Origin: Proteromonas lacertae
Taxonomy: Eukaryota
Length of the DNA: 28,367 nucleotides
Reading direction: 5' to 3'
Assembly: GCA_002245135.1 (NCBI GenBank)
Contig: NGBS01000317.1
Coordinates: 62,001-90,367, forward strand
Part shown: piece after piece, positions 22,201 to 28,367 of the stretch
Layout: every line of letters begins with the position of its first letter
Position numbering within the stretch: the stretch's first letter is position 1
Translations under genes and position numbers: made by a program
Notes under the pieces: generated by a model
Told to the model about the DNA's origin: nothing
Databases searched by the model: none
Seen by the model: the letters and a program-made list of their open reading frames with translations, nothing else

Positions 22201-25200
22201 TATAAGCTGCAAACGAATTAAACTTAACTTTTGCTAATCCATTTACACAGAAATTTGCATTTGTATTGAGACTATTCAGTTTTGTTTCAGTTCCATTTAT
22301 TGTAACTATAACTTCAGCATTATCAATATTATTATAATTTAGATTAAAGTTATAACTTGATTTACCACTTTCACATTTTGATGTTAATTTTATTGTTTGA
22401 GTATTTTCTAATTTTGTTACAGTGTTCTTTATATTGATGGTTAATATTGCATCTAAAGATAATTTTCCTTTTATTATTCCTTTTTTATCATCAAATGTTA
22501 TACCAGCTGGTATTGTTCCTTCTACTGTCATCACATCTGCTCCATTTTCAATTTCAGTTGGAATATACTCACTTTCTTCTTTAAAACTCAATATATCATA
22601 TTCATACATTATATATGGTTTTAAATTTTCTGTTTTTACATTAAACTCTGTTTCTATATTCTTTTTTATATTTCCATATTTAACCAATGATGTTGCATAA
22701 TGTAATTCATACCATCCATTATTATCAATTTTACTCATAATATTTAACCTATAAATATCAGATTTTAAACACTGAACAAATTCCATTTCTTCATTCGATT
22801 TCATTTCAGTATTACTTATATTATATACAACTTCATTATTACTATTCATCAATTCTAATTTGGTTATTTCATTTGGATTATCTATTAAATATCTCAATAA
22901 GACACTTTGATATCCATTTTTACAGGCATTTACTGTTAATTTTGCTGTTGTTAATTTTTCATCACATGTGGCTTTTATTTCATAATCACCTCCAATAAAT
23001 ACATTTCCTATTATTACATCATTATTTTCATCAAATTTCAATCCAGTTGGTAAAGTAAATGATAAACTTTCACAATTCATTGTTTTGGGTTTTATTATTA
23101 TTTTACCTACTTCATATTCTAATTTATCATCAAATGTTATAAATGAACTTTCTTTAGATGGACAATTATCTTCGATTTCATCCCATTCATAATCATCATT
23201 ACAATATCGCTTTCTTTCATATGTTGAGTGTTTCTTACATTTGAATGATAAATATGTACCTATCAGTGTTGGTTTCCATTCACCATCTACAAAACATCTT
23301 TGTCGACAGGTATAAGGAGCGATTTCAGCTATACCAATATCTTTATTATCTTCTCTCGAATATTCAAATTCAAATCCATTTAATGGCATTAATGGCAAAT
23401 CATTTATCTCAGAATAACCATATCGTTGATATGAACCATCTAATTCAAGATTTTCATAATCATTTAATACATTATATTTACCTTCATTGTCTAATCCACT
23501 AAATCTTATTTTTGTTGGAGTAATTTCGGATTTATGAGAAGCATAATAAAATCCATTGAAATATACTGACCAACCATCTGTGAAATTCAATCTTATATAA
23601 CCACTTTTTCTTGATACTCCTGTTAAACCATCTTGATCAAATACTCGATATATACTATTAGTTTTAACATCACCAGTAATTGTACAATCTGGGTTACATT
23701 TTACTGAATTTTTGTCAAAATCAACACTGGTGGGAACTACTTTTGTATAAGCACATCTATTTTCTCCACCTACTATAAATAATCCAACAAATTTTGCTAA
23801 ATCAGCTTGACTTTTCACAGTTTCCATTTCGATTGTTAAGACATTTATTCCCATTGGCATAAACTCGATTGGAGCTCGAATTTTAGATATTCGATCATTA
23901 GCATCAGATTTAATATTCGGAGTATTCTCAAAGAATTTTATTCCATTCATATACATTGTACTTTTACCATTTAATTGAATTCTTAAATCAAATAATACAC
24001 TATCTCTCATATTAGCATTCTTTTTATTTATATCGATTAATAATTTATAATATCTCTTTGAATCACCAAGTGCTTCGAATTTTCCATCTTTTTTGGTTGT
24101 ACTACTCCAACCAGTTGTATCTTTACTTATAATCCAATCATCATTTGTTTGTTCATTATCAGTATAATAGATTATACAACTATCATTTATATAGTTATTA
24201 TAATTCACTATATAGGTTATATCATTTCCATCATGATTATAATCTCTCATTAATTCCACAAAACTAGCTGCTACTGTCATATCACTGGCTTGCCAATTAT
24301 TTCCATCTAAACTCGATAATGTCACTTTACCAACTCCACCTATTGTACAATATCCTCGACTATCTATCTCTCCTTTTAAATCACCAAATGTATATAATAA
24401 TCCTGCACTTGAATCAAATACTCGAGCATTAGTTCGATCATATTCACTCCATAACACTTTCTTGTTTGCATCTTTCAATACTGCACTTACTAAGGTAAAT
24501 CCAACTAGATATCTATGATGTCCACATAAATCAGCTTCTTCTACTACTTCTTGACTATTACTTTCTCCACTATAACTATTCTTTGCACTTATTTTTAATG
24601 TTCTTGATTGACATTCTAATCTAGATAAACCACTTATTGTTCCTGTTGTTTTATCAAATTCTGTTCCATTACATAATAAAGAAGAATCTTCGATTGAAAA
24701 TTCATCTGCTCCATTCTCGATTTCCACTGGAATAAATTCTTCTTCATAATCAATACTGAAATATAATTTATCTGTATAAGCATATCTTATTATTGGTTTA
24801 CCACTTGATCTTTTCAAGATCACTTTTTCATGAACATCATTGTTAATTCGACCAAATTTATAAAGTATATCATTCTCATAATAGATCTTATACCAACCTA
24901 TCTCATTATGTAAACTCACTATATTGATTTTATAATCACCAGATTTTACACATTTACCCATTCTGAATAATTCATTCTCAGTTATACTTGATCTATCTAT
25001 CATCAATATTGCTTCATTTGATTCATTGGTTATATTTATAGACACTAAATCATCGATATATTCTACTAACACACTAAATCCAAATACTGATTCATCTGCT
25101 TTACAATCTGGAACATTAATCTTTAAAACATGATCAACACTTGCTTGACCTGTTACTTCACAGGTTAATGCTATATCTTGAGTATAACTTGAATAGAATT

Positions 25201-28200
25201 TACCTCGAATTACTCCATTCTTATCAATTGATAATGATTTGGGTAAATTATGATTCACTTTTTCACAATTGAATTTCGTTGGATAATGAATTATTTCTTC
25301 ACCTATTACTCCATTTAATTCACCATATTCAATTACTTTATCTTTACATCGAATATCATTGATTTCTTCCCAAACTAAATCAGAATTACAATATCTAAAC
25401 ATTTCTTGATCTGTCTTTCCTGATATACATTTCACTTTTGCTAATGTTTCACCAGCTGTTAATGGCCATTCATTATTAGCAAGACAATGATGTTTACAAC
25501 TCAATGTATAAATATCAGCATATTCTACACCACTTACTCCATCACTTAACAATTCAAATCCATAATAGGACATATTATTATTATCATTATCTTTTTCAAA
25601 GGAATATCTCTGAAGTGGTACTTTTATTATATTTTTTAAACCACTCTCTTTAACTATTTCACTTGTTGCATTAGATTTATCATATCCTTTCAATGTTATT
25701 GAAGTTGGAACTCGATTAATATCTGAACCAGTTGTGATTATTATTCCATTGAAATACACTGATTCGGTTTCTTTATAATAATAAGAAATATCAACACTCT
25801 TTGCTGAAGCAGAATATTTCGTTTTGTAATTATTATCAAACATTTTATACACATTTTGATCATATGAAATACCACTTTGTTGTGTTACTACATTTGAATC
25901 AGAATAATCATAGATTCGATTATATCCACAGTTATTATTTCCACTTATTATGTAAAAACCATTCAATTTCATATTATCTTTATTTCCAGACTTAGTTGTC
26001 ATTTCAATTGATAAATAGTTTAATCCAATATTCAATAATTCAATATTGCCTAATATCTTATATTCATCATTCTCACTTGCAGTTTCTGATCGACTTTCAT
26101 AGAATTCAACTCCATTCATATACATTATTGATTTCCCATTTAATATCATTCTCAAATCAAATAATACACTATCTTTCATATTCATTTCATTTAAATCTAT
26201 TGTTATTACATAATATCTTTTATCAACTTTTAAATCAGGTAATGGAGATGATTCTAATTTGGTAAAACCACTTGCATCTTTCTTCCATTTTTCATCTTTT
26301 TGAACAACATCACTGTATGATATCTCAGATTTTTCTACATAATTTTCATAGTTTACATTCACTTCTTTACTTATATTTCCTTCTTTGTAATTTCGGAATA
26401 TTTCAACTCCATTCATTGTACTTATTATTAATTCACTTGCATTCCATCGAGTACTATTATCATCTAAACTAGATAATATTATTTCACTTGATCCTTTTAA
26501 TACACATAATCTCTTTATATTATCATCAGCTTTCGTATTTTCTTTGGTATATTTGTAGATTTCAACATCTCCTTTATTCTTTATTGAACTACTTACTATT
26601 CCAATTCATCAGCTTTCAAACCATAATTAGAATTTACACCTATTCTAAGATTATAATCTAATAACATTCGATGATGACCACATTCACCTGAACTTAATTT
26701 CACTGTTTTATCTCTCTTTTGGTTTGTTTTACTATTCTCTAAGTGAATTCTTATTTCAACATCATCAAATTTTTCACTTGGTTTTCCACTAAATATTCCT
26801 GTTTTACAATCAAAGGATATTGAAGAAGGTAATTTATCAACATTTGTTATTTCAATTTTATCTGCTCCATTTTCGATCTTTATTGGCATAAACACTTCTT
26901 CATAATTCAAACTGAAATATAACATATCAGAATATTCATATATTATATTTGGTAGACTTTTCTCACTCTTTACTTCAATTCGATCTTCTATCACTTTGTT
27001 CATATTTCCTACTTTATATAATTCTTTATCTCCATAATATATTCGATACCAACCATTTGAATCTACTTTACATTCACCATATAATATATATTCTTTACTT
27101 TTATCTACACATTTACACATTGTATAGATTTCATTTGATTCGACACTTGATGATTGAATTCCATTATCTTCTTTTCTACTGTGTCACTCACATTCAATTT
27201 CATTAAATAATCACCTATGTAATTCTTGGCTTGAATTTTTATCATTTCTTCTCCACTTCCACATTCACCTTCAACAGTTATCTTGACATTATTCATTTTC
27301 ACTTTTTCACCTATACATTTTACATTTATTAAATATTCTCCTTTTTCACATAATACTCCTCTTATTTCACCAATTTCATTCATCCATAATGATTCAGGTA
27401 AATTATCACTTTCAATTTTATCACAGGTCATTTCAACTGGTTCTATATAGATTTCTTCACCTATTCTATATGTTTTACTTTCATATGATACTTTGGGATA
27501 TTTATTTTCACATTCAGATGTTAAATATATCTTTACTTCACTTTCTCCATTTGGATTTACTGCAATTATACTTACTTCTTTACCAATCAAGATTTCATTT
27601 ACATAACCATCAAATACACCTGTTTCACTGTTAAATTCTAACCCTTTGGGAATATAGTCAGTTTTGAAATAAGAAACACCATTCTTGATTGAAGATGGAC
27701 CATAATAGGAATATGAACCACATTCGAAATGGATTATTAATGTTTTATAATTCACTTTGGTTTTCCTTCATTCGATAAATCAAATGAATAATCTAAATAT
27801 TCTTTTTCAATAAATTGTTCATTCTTTATTGTCAATCCATTTATTAATAATTCATATGAACCACTTATATTGTAAGAACCTAATATTTCTAATTTATAAC
27901 CAGTTGTACCATCGAAATCAGTAAAACCTTTTATTATTTCATATTTTTACCCTTCATTGATTCTTCACTTGTAAATATTTCTTTACCATGACTTAGTTTA
28001 TATACCATACAGTCATTTCACTTACATATACTAGTTTTAACCAATAATTATTTTGTTATTTTGTTTCACTGTTAATACAATATCAGCTTTATCTAAACTG
28101 TTTGGAGTATATCGATAAACTGTCACTTTCATATTATCTACCACTTCAGTTGCAATTCCACTTATTATTCCATTTTCAGATATTTCTAAGCCTTTTGGTA

Positions 28201-28367
28201 ATCTACTTGAATAATAATACCTTCTACATCAGATTTCGAACAATTGATTGGTGTTATTTCATTATATTGCAATATTTCTTTATTGTTAATCTCACAGTTG
28301 AATGGATTACTTCTTTTTATCTCTTCTACACCTATATGTATTTTTATCATAAAGACTTCATTATTTT
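19202..28367 (-). CDS. Second, inverted copy of the giant membrane protein gene; 5' part beyond the window end, with apparent frameshifts distal to ~26600
   Basis: The 2404-aa ORF 19202-26416 is identical to the left copy except for the C-terminal tail. ORFs 26596-27120 and 27105-27755 are the upstream parts, separated by 1-bp deletions. Confidence 0.9.
19246..28367 (-). repeat. Right arm of the inverted repeat, running off the window end
   Basis: Reverse complement of 5531-14662, with a net loss of 10 nt between ~26600 and ~28220. Confidence 0.97.

Noticed and set aside
2140..27634. Many short (60-132 aa) antisense or alternative-frame ORFs inside the giant gene and its copy
   Set aside because: They are shadows of AT-rich coding sequence with low-complexity L/F/I/H/Y composition and no motifs. 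They were used only as evidence of arm identity.
5531..28367. Simple fold-back or chimeric-read artefact as the source of the palindrome
   Set aside because: A 4.6-kb unique spacer and two different but homologous tails, each with its own stop and AT-rich 3' flank, are not produced by fold-back. Consensus homogenisation of the arms remains possible.
5531..28367. The 9-kb arms as terminal inverted repeats of the Polinton-like element
   Set aside because: The arms are host-like in composition, consist wholly of a membrane protein gene, and are separated from the element by non-matching flanks.
1..28367. CRISPR arrays, tRNA or rRNA genes, integrase, capsid or packaging ATPase genes
   Set aside because: No regularly spaced direct repeats, RNA-gene signatures or corresponding protein motifs were seen.

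Overview
AT-rich DNA, probably from a microbial eukaryote, built as one large inverted duplication. The left arm carries an intronless gene of about 13.5 kb (1224-14703), split by one extra base at 5436. It encodes a type I membrane protein of about 4,490 aa: signal peptide, gametolysin-like (M11) zinc metalloprotease, He_PIG-like Ig repeats, PA14-like domain, three ~700-aa super-repeats, Pro/Thr stalk, two SEA-like modules, TM helix, cytoplasmic PH domain and a C-terminal WH2-like motif. A second, tail-to-tail copy runs from the window end to 19202 on the minus strand. I found no difference between the copies over ~7.3 kb. They diverge in the last 13-14 codons, and the second copy has error-like indels near the window end. 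The ~4.2 kb GC-richer spacer is a decayed Polinton/Maverick/adintovirus-like element. It holds a pseudogenised protein-primed family B DNA polymerase (stops, frameshifts, internal deletions) and an orphan gene. A partial LRR-like ORF lies at the left edge. All domain calls come from motif reading by eye; no searches were run.
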